Positions 1 through 9,887 of a stretch of 64,000 bases of DNA are shown one piece after another. Below the pieces are notes generated by a model. The model was not told where the DNA came from. It worked only from the letters and a program-made list of their open reading frames with translations, and made no database searches. Numbering within the stretch: position 1 is the stretch's first letter; every line of letters begins with the position of its first letter. A program made the position numbers and the translations under genes. Source of the DNA: Candidatus Poribacteria bacterium (GTDB taxonomy: Bacteria; Poribacteria; WGA-4E; PCPOR2b); contig OZ244042.1 in the NCBI GenBank assembly GCA_965215015.1, forward strand, positions 1,280,001 through 1,344,000, written 5' to 3'.

Positions 1-2109
1 GAAACGGTTGCTTATCCCGATACATTGGTCGGAACCGATTCCCATACCACTATGATCAACGGACTCGGAATCGTCGGCTGGGGCGTTGGCGGTATCGAAG
101 CGGAAGCCGCCATGCTCGGTCAGCCGGTTTACATTCTGACGCCGGAGGTGTTGGGGGTTCACATGAAAGGGGCTCTCAAAGAGGGCGTGACAGCGACTGA
201 TCTCGTTCTAACGGTTGTGCAGCGATTACGGGAAACAAATGTCGTCGGCAAATTCGTGGAGTTCTTTGGTGAAGGGGTCCAAGCACTTTCAACCCCAGAT
301 CGGGCGACCATTTCCAACATGTGTCCCGAATACGGCGCGACGGTCGGCTTCTTCCCATCAGACGAAGAATCGGTGAACTATCTTCGGGCAACGGGGCGCG
401 ATGAAGCGCATCTGGAGTTGGTCACGGCGTACCTGAAAGCACAGAATATGTTCAGCATTCCAAAGACGGGTGAGGTGGAATATTCGGAGGTATTGATGAT
501 TGACCTTGATGCGATTGAACCGAGTATTGCCGGCCCGAAACGACCTCAAGATCGGATTGAACTCTCAAAGGTCAAGGAGACTTTCCCTCGCTTGTTGACA
601 ACATCCCTGACGGAGGGCGGGTACGGACTCTCTCAGGCGCAGCTTGAGGAGCACCGTCAGCAGGCGGAAGCATCAGGTGGCATTACACACGGGGATGTCG
701 CAATCGCCGCCATCACCAGTTGTACCAACACCAGCAATCCATCGGTGATGATCGCCGCCGGATTGATTGCAAAGAAAGCGGTCGAACATGGCATCCACGT
801 ACCCGATTCCGTCAAAACCAGTTTAGCTCCTGGATCCCGAGTTGTCACGGAGTACCTGCAAGGGACAGGCCTGCTGCCCTATCTGGAGAAGTTAGGCTTT
901 AACGTCGTTGGATACGGTTGTACAACGTGCATCGGGAATAGTGGTCCCTTAGATGAAGATATCCAAAGTGCAATTGAAGCGGGGAATCTCGTCGCTGTCA
1001 GCGTTCTCAGCGGCAACCGAAATTTTGAGGCGCGCATACACCGTGATGTCAAAGCCAGTTTCCTGATGTCTCCGCCACTCGTTGTTGCCTATGCGCTTGC
1101 TGGACGAATCGATGTCGATTTAACGAGCGAGCCGTTAGGCTATAACGACGCCAACCAACCTGTCTATTTGAGAGATGTGTGGCCCACACGGAGGGAGATT
1201 GCCGATTTAATCGCCCAATCGCTGGACGCCAACACGTTCAAACGCCTTTATGCTGAGATTGCCAACCAGGCACCGGAATGGGATGAATTAGATATCCCTA
1301 CAGGTGAATTGTATCATTGGAGTGAGGAAAGCACCTATATCCAGAAACCACCCTTCTTTGAAGGATTCAAGTTGGAACCTGCCCCAATCACCGACATTCA
1401 AGGGGCGCGGGTGCTCGCTATTTTAGGAGATTCTGTTACGACAGACCACATTTCCCCCGCCGGTGCCATTGGGGCGGACAGCCCGGCTGGAAAGTATCTA
1501 ATTGAACACGGTGTTGAAAGAAGGGACTTCAATACCTACGGTGCAAGGCGCGGTAATGACCGAATAATGAGTCGCGGAACATTTGCTAACAACCGGATCA
1601 AAAATGCGATGCTGCCCCATATTGAGGGTGGTTATACCGTCACCTATCCTTCCGGAGAGCAGACAACGATATATGAGGCGGGTCAACATTATCTGCAGCA
1701 AAACACGCCCCTCGTTGTTTTCACCGGCAAGGAATACGGTTCTGGTAGTTCAAGGGATTGGGCGGCGAAGGGCCCCAAACTATTAGGGGTCAAAGCTGTT
1801 ATCGCCGAAAGTTACGAACGCATCCACCGCAGCAACCTAATCGGTATGGGTATTTTGCCTTTGCAATTTAAGGAGGGCGAGGATGCAGCGTCGCTTGGCT
1901 TGGAGGGAAGTGAGGTCATCAGCATCACCGGTTTTGCAGACAATCTGCAACCGGGGCAAACTGCCACGATGGAATGGGTTGACGAATCGGGAACGAAGCG
2001 ATCGGCGGAATTGCTCATCCGGATCGATGCCTCCATTGAGGTGGAGTACTACCAACACGGCGGGATTCTGGATTATGTCATCAGAAATTTGATGGCGGAT
2101 TCAGGTTAA
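1..2109 (+). CDS. acnA: aconitate hydratase A (5' end lies before the window)
   Basis: Frame open from base 1 ([18 protein letters not shown]); motifs [55 protein letters not shown]. Confidence 0.97.
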   Translation, partial: ETVAYPDTLVGTDSHTTMINGLGIVGWGVGGIEAEAAMLGQPVYILTPEVLGVHMKGALKEGVTATDLVLTVVQRLRETNVVGKFVEFFGEGVQALSTPDRATISNMCPEYGATVGFFPSDEESVNYLRATGRDEAHLELVTAYLKAQNMFSIPKTGEVEYSEVLMIDLDAIEPSIAGPKRPQDRIELSKVKETFPRLLTTSLTEGGYGLSQAQLEEHRQQAEASGGITHGDVAIAAITSCTNTSNPSVMIAAGLIAKKAVEHGIHVPDSVKTSLAPGSRVVTEYLQGTGLLPYLEKLGFNVVGYGCTTCIGNSGPLDEDIQSAIEAGNLVAVSVLSGNRNFEARIHRDVKASFLMSPPLVVAYALAGRIDVDLTSEPLGYNDANQPVYLRDVWPTRREIADLIAQSLDANTFKRLYAEIANQAPEWDELDIPTGELYHWSEESTYIQKPPFFEGFKLEPAPITDIQGARVLAILGDSVTTDHISPAGAIGADSPAGKYLIEHGVERRDFNTYGARRGNDRIMSRGTFANNRIKNAMLPHIEGGYTVTYPSGEQTTIYEAGQHYLQQNTPLVVFTGKEYGSGSSRDWAAKGPKLLGVKAVIAESYERIHRSNLIGMGILPLQFKEGEDAASLGLEGSEVISITGFADNLQPGQTATMEWVDESGTKRSAELLIRIDASIEVEYYQHGGILDYVIRNLMADSG

Positions 2110-2224
2110 GCCAATTTGTTCGCAGTTGCCAAGTCAGGGCGATCGGTGTTTGCCTTCAGTATGGCACGATTGCCACAAAAAATCAAAAAGAGCTGACGCT
2201 GAATTAGATCGAGAAATCTGCCAA

Positions 2225-4258
2225 TTAGTTGTCCTGAATCAAGTTGAGAATAAGATTGTAGTTTTCATCAAGGTGCAGTTCCGTGCCGGACGGTATGAAC
2301 GTTGTCGAATCAATCTCTTCGATAATCGCGGGACCCGAAAACCGTGAGCCCACCGGCAACCCCTCCCGCCGATAAAGGGGCATCTGCACGGCGTGGGTTG
2401 CAGATTCGTAAACGAGACGTGAGACGCTGCGCTGTGCACCTTCGAGGGCCTCCCCCAAGTTAATCTTTGAACGATGTGCGGCTTCGGAGATGGAGACCTT
2501 TAGGTGTACCAGTTCGATCGTCTCATCCTCGAAGTGATACCCGTAAAATTGATGATGCCTCTCGTGAAAACGACTGATTGCCCGATGTAAACCGCCCTCT
2601 GAACGATACTCGATATCCTGTTCGTAATTCTGTTGGTAATACCGCATACTGATGAACAACATTTCCCGTGGCTCCCCTCGCATCCCTTCCCGCTCAAGCT
2701 CTTCTCTTGCCTCCTGTCGCATAGGGGTAAATCGCGCTTGTAGGTCGCTGTCGGTGATATCTGGAGCTCGCGCCGCAAAGGTATGAACTTTTTCGACACG
2801 AAGTTCGGAAATGGCGGCACCAAAAGCAGAACATAGCCCCGGATAAGGGGGCACGACAACGGTTTGGATACCCAGCTTTTTGGCGATTGCGACAGCATGG
2901 AGAGGCCCTGCGCCGCCAAACGCCACGAGCGCAAAGGCGCGGGGATCGATTCCCCGCTCGATAGTCAGTAAGCGGATGGCGTTGGTCATGTTTTCGTCAG
3001 CGATTTCAATGATGGCTGTGGCTGCCCCCTGTTCGGAGACACCCATCTGTTGCGCCAATTGTTCAATCGCTTCTTTAGCCAGTCCGGGATGAATCGGCAA
3101 TTCTCCGCCGAGAAAAAAACTGGGGTTGAGACGCCCCAGCACCAAGTTTGCGTCGGTCACCGTAGCTTGTGTCCCACCTGTTCCATAGCAAGCAGGCCCC
3201 GGCACCGCCCCAGCACTCTCGGGCCCAACATTCAGCATACCCCCTTTATCAATCCAAGCGATAGAACCACCTCCCGCCCCTAATGTCCGAACTTCAATGA
3301 TAGGGATTGCAACGGGAAGTCCCCACTCAATCTCGAAGGTTGTGGTAAACTGCTGCTCCCCATCGAGCACCAGACCGACATCGCAGCTAGTGCCCCCCAT
3401 ATCGAGAGTAATTGCGTTTTGGAATCCCGCCGTTTCCGCGAAGTATTTCCCCCCAACAATGCCGCCCGCCAAGCCCGATAGTAAGATATCGACAGGCCGA
3501 TCCGGCGCATTGGTGAGAAGCGTAGTCCCACCGTCGGATTTGAGAAATGAACAAGGTCCAATGACACCATTGGTTTCCAAGGCGGTCCCGATGTCGTGGC
3601 AGTAGCCTTGGATTAGCGGCTTGACAAAGGCATCAGCCAAGAGTGTGCTAGACCGTTCATACTCTCGCCAGATTGGGGCTACTCGGTATGATAGGGAGAT
3701 GGGGAGGTGCGGAAATGCTTCCTCAAGGAACCTGCCTACCTCCAGCTCGTGGGTGGGATTGAGATAAGAAAAGAGCAAGCAGAGGGCGATAGCTTCGACC
3801 CCTTGATTTTGCAGCCGTTCCTCAATATTGGTCTTTAGGGCTGTAAGGGCGTCAGCGGTCAGAGGTACGACAACCTCTCCTTGGGCGTTTATCCGTTCTG
3901 TCACGCCGAGGCAGTTGCGTCGCTTTACCAACGGCTGCGGCTTGACCCAATGCAGGTCGTACTCCTTCTTGCGATTAATACGCTGAATGAACGGGACATC
4001 CTCGAATCCAGCTGTGGTAACAAACACGACCTCTGCCCCGGTCCGCTGGAGAATGGCGTTGGTAGCAACCGTTGTTCCGTGCACAATACGTTCGATGGAT
4101 TCAAAGGGGATCTCTGATTTCCCCAGCACACCCAAGAACGCACGCATCGGGGCTTCAGGTGTGGAAGGATGCTTAGCAACGCGCACAGCACCATCCGCCG
4201 AAATTGCGACTAGGTCTGTAAAAGTGCCACCGGTATCAATGCCGATTGTACTGGGCAC
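2225..4258 (-). CDS. hydantoinase/oxoprolinase family subunit A (HyuA-like)
   Basis: IGIDTGGTFTD, HGTTVATNA, DMGGTSCDV, GAGGGSIA, AFGGAGPLHA; start moved to GTG 4258, which has GGAGG upstream. Confidence 0.92.
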   Translation of the reverse strand: MPSTIGIDTGGTFTDLVAISADGAVRVAKHPSTPEAPMRAFLGVLGKSEIPFESIERIVHGTTVATNAILQRTGAEVVFVTTAGFEDVPFIQRINRKKEYDLHWVKPQPLVKRRNCLGVTERINAQGEVVVPLTADALTALKTNIEERLQNQGVEAIALCLLFSYLNPTHELEVGRFLEEAFPHLPISLSYRVAPIWREYERSSTLLADAFVKPLIQGYCHDIGTALETNGVIGPCSFLKSDGGTTLLTNAPDRPVDILLSGLAGGIVGGKYFAETAGFQNAITLDMGGTSCDVGLVLDGEQQFTTTFEIEWGLPVAIPIIEVRTLGAGGGSIAWIDKGGMLNVGPESAGAVPGPACYGTGGTQATVTDANLVLGRLNPSFFLGGELPIHPGLAKEAIEQLAQQMGVSEQGAATAIIEIADENMTNAIRLLTIERGIDPRAFALVAFGGAGPLHAVAIAKKLGIQTVVVPPYPGLCSAFGAAISELRVEKVHTFAARAPDITDSDLQARFTPMRQEAREELEREGMRGEPREMLFISMRYYQQNYEQDIEYRSEGGLHRAISRFHERHHQFYGYHFEDETIELVHLKVSISEAAHRSKINLGEALEGAQRSVSRLVYESATHAVQMPLYRREGLPVGSRFSGPAIIEEIDSTTFIPSGTELHLDENYNLILNLIQDN

Positions 4259-4295
4259 GTGTACTTTCCTCCCGTATTTCGTCAACCAAGAATCA

Positions 4296-5774
4296 TCAGT
4301 CCGTTTCGGGGTAGATTTGATTCCAAGGCATAGGGTAAGTTCGCTCCCAACCGACACGACCAAAGTCTGGGCTGCTAGAGTAGCTATCGGTATAGGTACG
4401 TTGTGGGAAGAATGCTTCAGCTGTCAGACGCATCACTTCCGCTGTCAGTTCAGCATCCATACAGTGGAATATATCGGCGGCTTGGGGGTCATACGCCAAG
4501 TTGTGCTGCTCGTGTGGGTCATTGGTGAGGTTGAACAGGTGCACCCTTTGTGGGTATTTACACAGCTTCCATGTGCCATCGAACCACATCCAGCCGTTGT
4601 GCAACATACCAATAATGGCATCTTTGCGCTTTATGTCTGCTATTCCCAAACCGGGCAACGGGACGGCATCCATGTAGGCAGGAATTTTGCATCCCGCTAT
4701 ACTCAGTATAGTAGCGGTAACATCGGTAAGCGTGACAAGATCTTGGCAGACATACGCCTCTTGGGACTCCGGATGGTTCACCAACAGTGGGACATGACAG
4801 GCGGCTTCATAATATGACGCTTTACCGCTGAGTCCATGGTCTCCCAAGTAATCTCCGTGATCGGACGCGAAGATAATCACAGTGTTGTCTCGGAGACCTT
4901 TCCGATCTAACGCTTCGACAATGCAGCCGACTTCATAGTCGATTTGTTTAACCAATCCGGCATAGTAGGCACGCTGCAGCATGTAATGCTCGCGTGTTGG
5001 ACTGTTTTCGTTCTGAATAGCGTACCACGATTTCTGAGATGATTCTGATCGAGAGGGGTGCCTTGGTCGCATCAATTTCGTATCTTCCGGGACAGCGGGG
5101 AGCGGCTCTGGCATATCGTCAGGCTGAAAGGTCGCGTATTCCGGCGCAGGGTCGTAGGGGTTATGCGGTCCCGGGAAGCCGACCATCATAGCGAAGGGTT
5201 GGTCGCCGCTGTATGTCTCAATCCACTGTACTGCCTCATTGCCAACAAAGTGGTCAACCGAGTATTCCCAAGGGATGGGGCTGATTAGGGCACCAAAGTT
5301 CTTGTGATAATCAGGCTCGTTGTAGAAGGAGGTCTTGGTATAACCGTGTGCTTTGAGCAAGTGGTCATAGTCGTCCTGGATATAGCCCCCAAGTTTATCT
5401 TCAGCAATGATGCGACGCTGGAACCCCAAACGCTTCTCCCAAGGATAAAAGTGCATCTTGCCGACAGCGATGGTGTAGTAATCGAGCGTGTTGAGCAATT
5501 CGGGCCACGTCGCCAATCCACACGCGCGGTAATCAGGACGTAGGAATTGGCCATTATCAAGCACGCCGGTCTTGAGACCGTTCATGCCGGTGATGAGCGA
5601 GACACGCGCCGGTACGCATACCGGATGCTGCGAGTACGCACGATTATAACGAACCCCTTGCATTCCAAGGGCATCAATGTGAGGGGTATCAATGAAGTCC
5701 GCCCCGTAGCAACTGAGGAAATCAGCGCGCAGTTGATCGGGCATCATGAAGATGATGTTGAGTTTCTGGCTCAT
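4296..5774 (-). CDS. sulfatase (Cys-type, formylglycine-dependent)
   Basis: N-terminal NIIFMMPDQLR, signature CVPAR, GKMH, SDHGD. Confidence 0.92.
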   Translation of the reverse strand: MSQKLNIIFMMPDQLRADFLSCYGADFIDTPHIDALGMQGVRYNRAYSQHPVCVPARVSLITGMNGLKTGVLDNGQFLRPDYRACGLATWPELLNTLDYYTIAVGKMHFYPWEKRLGFQRRIIAEDKLGGYIQDDYDHLLKAHGYTKTSFYNEPDYHKNFGALISPIPWEYSVDHFVGNEAVQWIETYSGDQPFAMMVGFPGPHNPYDPAPEYATFQPDDMPEPLPAVPEDTKLMRPRHPSRSESSQKSWYAIQNENSPTREHYMLQRAYYAGLVKQIDYEVGCIVEALDRKGLRDNTVIIFASDHGDYLGDHGLSGKASYYEAACHVPLLVNHPESQEAYVCQDLVTLTDVTATILSIAGCKIPAYMDAVPLPGLGIADIKRKDAIIGMLHNGWMWFDGTWKLCKYPQRVHLFNLTNDPHEQHNLAYDPQAADIFHCMDAELTAEVMRLTAEAFFPQRTYTDSYSSSPDFGRVGWERTYPMPWNQIYPETD

Positions 5775-5999
5775 GAAAATCCTTCTGCTATCTATCGGTT
5801 TTGCTGCATAGCTGGAGACATCATAACAGAATCTCTAGCGTTTCGCAATGATAAAATGGGCGTCTCCGCAGTGCTTACCGATTAAGACTGAAACCCTAAT
5901 TGAGTTTTTTCGTATTCGTATATGAGGTCAGGCAATATTATATGTTCAGATGATTAATCAGTAATCAAAATCTAAAATTCGATATTGGAGATATAGATA

Positions 6000-6155
6000 A
6001 TGTTTAATAGTATTGGAATCATCTTAGGAATGGGTTGTGTCCTCATGGGAATCGCAGGCGGATACCTGCTGCTTTCGACCGTTTTTGCTGGTATTCAGTT
6101 AATTTCTAAACGCCGCATGTTAGACCAAAAAATTGAGAAAAAACTTGACACCTAA
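6000..6155 (+). CDS. small (51 aa) predicted single-pass membrane protein
   Basis: Below the ORF-track cutoff; GGAGA upstream of ATG 6000; MFNSIGIILGMGCVLMGIAGGYLLLSTVFAGIQLISKRRMLDQKIEKKLDT*, a hydrophobic stretch followed by a basic tail. Confidence 0.6.
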   Translation: MFNSIGIILGMGCVLMGIAGGYLLLSTVFAGIQLISKRRMLDQKIEKKLDT

Positions 6156-6174
6156 GCCCTTTTATGGGTAGCAT
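6145..6174 (+). promoter_or_regulatory. sigma70-type promoter upstream of the structured RNA
   Basis: TTGACA (6145-6150), 18 nt, TAGCAT (6169-6174). Confidence 0.55.
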
Positions 6175-6180
6175 ATTACG

Positions 6181-6313
6181 AAGCTCCCGACGTTGTGGGA
6201 TCATTCCGAAGATACCAACACTTTCGTGCTAAAGTTCTAGGCTCAATGAGCCAGGACTATCGTGTCATGTGCCGGGTATTTCGACGAATCGGATTCTCGC
6301 CGAGTCGGGGTTT
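6181..6313 (+). ncRNA. rod-shaped structured RNA, 6S RNA-like
   Basis: Nested pairings CCCGAC/GTCGGG, GTGGGA/TCTCGC, ATTC/GAAT, CGAAGATACC/GGTATTTCG, an internal bubble, then AGTTCT/AGGACT and GGCTC-AAT-GAGCC; starts 7 nt after a -10 box. Confidence 0.5.
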
Positions 6314-6430
6314 GCTATGTATCCTTGCGCCTCTGCCAACGCTGAATTGACGGATCTAAACCTTAATAAGGTTATCCCAATCTCATTGATGTGCAAGAGA
6401 AAAAGCTATCCATAAGTCGGTGGTTCCTCC

Positions 6431-7138
6431 ATGAATTATCAGCAGCTCCATCCGTGGGAGATGACTCCCGCCGAAGCACGCGAGATCCAAAATGAACTGC
6501 GTAATCAGGTGATATCCCAAGATCGATTCGGCGACATCCAAACAGTCGCTGGGGTCGATCTGGGGTTTAAGAAAGACATCGCCCGTGCGTCAGTTGTTGT
6601 GTTGAGTTTTCCAGATCTGCAGCTGATCGATGGCGTCCTTGTTGAAAGTCCCGTCTCCTTTCCTTATATCCCTGGCCTACTATCTTTCCGCGAAACACCC
6701 CCTCTTCTCAAAGCCTTTGCTCAACTTAATACCGAACCGGACCTCATTATCGCTGATGGACAAGGGATTGCTCACCCAAGGCGTTTTGGAATAGCGTCGC
6801 ATCTGGGGTTAATTTTGGACAGACCGACGGTCGGGTGCGCGAAGTCGCGTCTGTGGGGCAGGCACAAACAACCCAAAAATGAAGCTGGATCGATTGAATA
6901 TTTGTACGACAAGGACGAAATTATCGGCGCGGCGGTTCGTACACGATCCAACGTCAGTGTAGTTTATATTTCGGTTGGGCATTTAATCTCCCTAGATTCA
7001 GCAATTCGGTTGACACTTGCCTGCTGCCGGCGGTACAGGCTACCCGAAACCACGAGATACGCACATCAAGCGGCAGCGGGGCAAATTTCCCTACCCCAAA
7101 AACAGATTGAAGTGGAAAAGCAGCTTACACTCTTTTAG
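6431..7138 (+). CDS. nfi: endonuclease V (deoxyinosine 3' endonuclease)
   Basis: VAGVD, FPYIPGLLSFRE, DGQGIAHPRRFGIASHLG, GCAKSRL, RLPETTR. Confidence 0.96.
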   Translation: MNYQQLHPWEMTPAEAREIQNELRNQVISQDRFGDIQTVAGVDLGFKKDIARASVVVLSFPDLQLIDGVLVESPVSFPYIPGLLSFRETPPLLKAFAQLNTEPDLIIADGQGIAHPRRFGIASHLGLILDRPTVGCAKSRLWGRHKQPKNEAGSIEYLYDKDEIIGAAVRTRSNVSVVYISVGHLISLDSAIRLTLACCRRYRLPETTRYAHQAAAGQISLPQKQIEVEKQLTLF

Positions 7139-7159
7139 AAAGGCTTAGAAGGAATTAAA

Positions 7160-8041
7160 ATGAGCATTCTTGTGAATAAAGATACAAAAGTGGTCGTCCA
7201 AGGGATTACCGGTCGATCGGGACGATTCCATACCCAACAGTGTGTGGATTACGGCACAAAAATTGTTGCGGGTGTTACCCCCGGCAGAGGGGGCTCAGAT
7301 GTTGATGGCATCCCCGTTTACGATACAGTTTCTGAGGCAGTCATGGAGACAGGGGCGGATGTGTCTGTTATTTTTGTGCCCGCGAGGTTTGATGCCGCAG
7401 ACTCGATTATGGAAGCCGCTGATGCCGGCATCCGGTTGGTTATCTGTATTACGGAAGGTATCCCTGTCCTCGATATGGTGAAAGCCAAGGGGTATTTGGA
7501 GGACAAGCCAACACAGTTGATTGGTCCAAATTGCCCCGGTGTCATCACGCCCGGTGAGTGCAAAATAGGGATTATGCCCGGCTACATCCATCAACCAGGG
7601 AAAATCGGCATTGTTTCCCGCAGCGGGACGTTGACGTATGAAGCGGTAGATCAGGTGACCAAACTGGGGATGGGGCAATCCACTTGTGTCGGCATCGGCG
7701 GTGATCCGGTTATCGGTACAAATTTTGTTGATGTGTTGGCGTTGTTTGAAGCAGATGTAGATACAGAGGCGGTGCTCATGATCGGCGAAATCGGTGGGAC
7801 CGCGGAGGAAGCCGCGGCTCAATTCGTAAAAGAAAACATGACCAAACCTGTAGTCAGCTTTATCGCCGGGCAGACAGCACCGCCGGGCAAGCGGATGGGA
7901 CATGCCGGGGCGATTATCTCCGGCGGTCACGGCACAGCGGCAGAGAAGATTGAGGCGTTGGAAGCCGCTGGCATTGTTGTCGCTGAAAGCCCCGCGACGA
8001 TTGGGGAGACGCTAGTGAGGACGCTTGAAAAACGAGGATAG
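7160..8041 (+). CDS. sucD: succinyl-CoA synthetase alpha subunit
   Basis: [41 protein letters not shown] (phospho-His). Confidence 0.98.
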   Translation: MSILVNKDTKVVVQGITGRSGRFHTQQCVDYGTKIVAGVTPGRGGSDVDGIPVYDTVSEAVMETGADVSVIFVPARFDAADSIMEAADAGIRLVICITEGIPVLDMVKAKGYLEDKPTQLIGPNCPGVITPGECKIGIMPGYIHQPGKIGIVSRSGTLTYEAVDQVTKLGMGQSTCVGIGGDPVIGTNFVDVLALFEADVDTEAVLMIGEIGGTAEEAAAQFVKENMTKPVVSFIAGQTAPPGKRMGHAGAIISGGHGTAAEKIEALEAAGIVVAESPATIGETLVRTLEKRG

Positions 8042-8140
8042 ATATAATTATCCCCTTGACCCAAGGCGGAAAATCGGCTACGATATAAAAAGGTCGAGAG
8101 ATTATTCCCCCGACCTAGAGTAAATGCGTGTTGGTGTCCA

Positions 8141-8698
8141 TTAATTATTTTTCGCACCCTCATCGATCCAGTCTTTGAAAAGCTGGATTTGTGCTCCGTC
8201 TAATGGTCCACCCGGCGGCATACCACCACCATCAATCCGTTGGACAACCTTACTACCTTTGCTATCCCCAGGGTTAAATACGGGACCGCCACCACTACCT
8301 TTCTCAAAGCCTGCGTATGTCTCTAAATTGAGCCCTACCTGTGGATTCGGGCCAGCATGGCACCCTTGGCCAACACAGCTCGCTTGAAGGATGGGTAAAA
8401 TGTCCTCCTGGAAGGAAACTGCCGGTTCGGGCTCTGGTTGAGGTGGGAGTTCAGGCTGTGGTTCAGGTTCAGGTTGTGGTTCGGGTTGTGGCTGTGCCTC
8501 CGGTTGCGGTGTTGGTTCTGAGACAGGATCTGAATCGGGTGTGACAACATTACCACTCATGCTATCATCATCGTCATCGTCATCACCATTATCGCCACAG
8601 CCTGTGGCGAAGATAGAAAATACTAAAACGGCTAAACAACTGATTGCAGTAACTAACAAATTCAAGCGTGAACAATTCACGTGTGTTTCTCCTTTCAA
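8141..8698 (-). CDS. lipoprotein with Pro/Glu/Gln linker and C-terminal planctomycete-type cytochrome c domain
   Basis: Lipobox-like FATGC, poly-Asp, (PEPQ)n linker, VSFQEDILPILQASCVGQGCH...PGDSKGS...GMPP...WIDEGA. Confidence 0.75.
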   Translation of the reverse strand: MKGETHVNCSRLNLLVTAISCLAVLVFSIFATGCGDNGDDDDDDDSMSGNVVTPDSDPVSEPTPQPEAQPQPEPQPEPEPQPELPPQPEPEPAVSFQEDILPILQASCVGQGCHAGPNPQVGLNLETYAGFEKGSGGGPVFNPGDSKGSKVVQRIDGGGMPPGGPLDGAQIQLFKDWIDEGAKNN

Positions 8699-8857
8699 AA
8701 TTTTCTACCAATCACGCGAATTGATGCCAATAAACTCTCACCATCAAAAATCGTTTCGCGTAGATTGGTGGATTGAAAATTAAAAACATGAAATTTTAAG
8801 CTGGAAACCGTCTCGAAATCTGTAAGGACAATTCCAAAACCGCGAGGAGATTGGCAT

Positions 8858-9802
8858 ATGAAAATCATGATTAATACAGAAGTTAAGCCGGAACACCTGG
8901 AACGCATCCAATTGGTTTCCGACGATATTCAGATCGTCCAACCCCGAGATAATGAGGCACAGCTCAAAGAGGTCGTAGACACCGATGTCATCCTCGGTGG
9001 ATTTGGTCGCGCGCTCTTTGAAAATGCCCGACAACTCAAGTGGGTACAAGTACTTGGCGCAGGCGTTGATGGCGTACTTTTTCCTGAGTTCGTTGAAAGC
9101 GATGTCATCCTGACAAGTGCGAAAGGGTTTGTAGGCCCCCATCTCGCGGATCAAACATGGGCGTTAATCCTCGGCTTGCTCAGAGGCATTGGTCGTGCTG
9201 TCCGCGAACGGACTTGGGAAAACCGGATGTCCATCCGTGAAGAGACATGGGAACTCGAAGGAGGTACGCTCGGTATCGTCGGACTCGGCGGCACCGGGAT
9301 TGAGGTCGCCAAACGGGCGCAGGGCTTTGAGATGCGCGTGATTGCTGTTGATCCGGAAGACGTGGACGCGCCGCCGTTTGTTCACGAAGTTTGGAAGATG
9401 AACCGGTTCTATGACCTCCTTGCAGAATCGGATGTTGTGTCAATCTGTGCACCTTTGACGCCGGAGACACACGGTATGTTTAACGATAAAGCATTCCAGC
9501 GGATGAAACCGCACGCGCTACTCATTAACGTGACGCGCGGCAAGATTGTTGATGGACCAAGTCTCCTCCGTGCCTTGAACGAAAAACGGATAGGTGGAGC
9601 GGGACTCGATGTGACGCCAGAGGAACCTTTACCGCTGGATAGTCCACTTTGGGATATGCCTCGGGTTATCATTACGCCCCATGCGGCGGGTGGTTCACCG
9701 ATTCGGCTTGACCGGACGCTTGGATTGTTCTGTGACAACCTTGAAAGGCTTTTGGCTGGTAAACCCCTGTTAAGCGTTATAGATAAGCGGAAGGGTTATT
9801 AA
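8858..9802 (+). CDS. D-2-hydroxyacid dehydrogenase family
   Basis: GIVGLGGTG Rossmann motif, INVTRG, GAGLDV, EPLP, ITPH. Confidence 0.93.
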   Translation: MKIMINTEVKPEHLERIQLVSDDIQIVQPRDNEAQLKEVVDTDVILGGFGRALFENARQLKWVQVLGAGVDGVLFPEFVESDVILTSAKGFVGPHLADQTWALILGLLRGIGRAVRERTWENRMSIREETWELEGGTLGIVGLGGTGIEVAKRAQGFEMRVIAVDPEDVDAPPFVHEVWKMNRFYDLLAESDVVSICAPLTPETHGMFNDKAFQRMKPHALLINVTRGKIVDGPSLLRALNEKRIGGAGLDVTPEEPLPLDSPLWDMPRVIITPHAAGGSPIRLDRTLGLFCDNLERLLAGKPLLSVIDKRKGY

Positions 9803-9887
9803 GTCGTTAGGGCTACTTCAATTTTGCCCCCTTGCATTTTTGACTAATACCCACCAGACCTCTAAAAAAAATAAGGCGTGAAAACTA

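Noticed and set aside
3987-4817. 276-aa plus-strand ORF, and similar antisense ORFs such as 7295-7930 and 24949-25629
   Set aside because: Shadow frames opposite well-supported genes, with no recognisable motifs
6359-6373. Palindrome AACCTT-AAT-AAGGTT upstream of nfi as an operator
   Set aside because: Only one instance noticed, poor -35/-10 spacing around it, and no regulator nearby; could be chance
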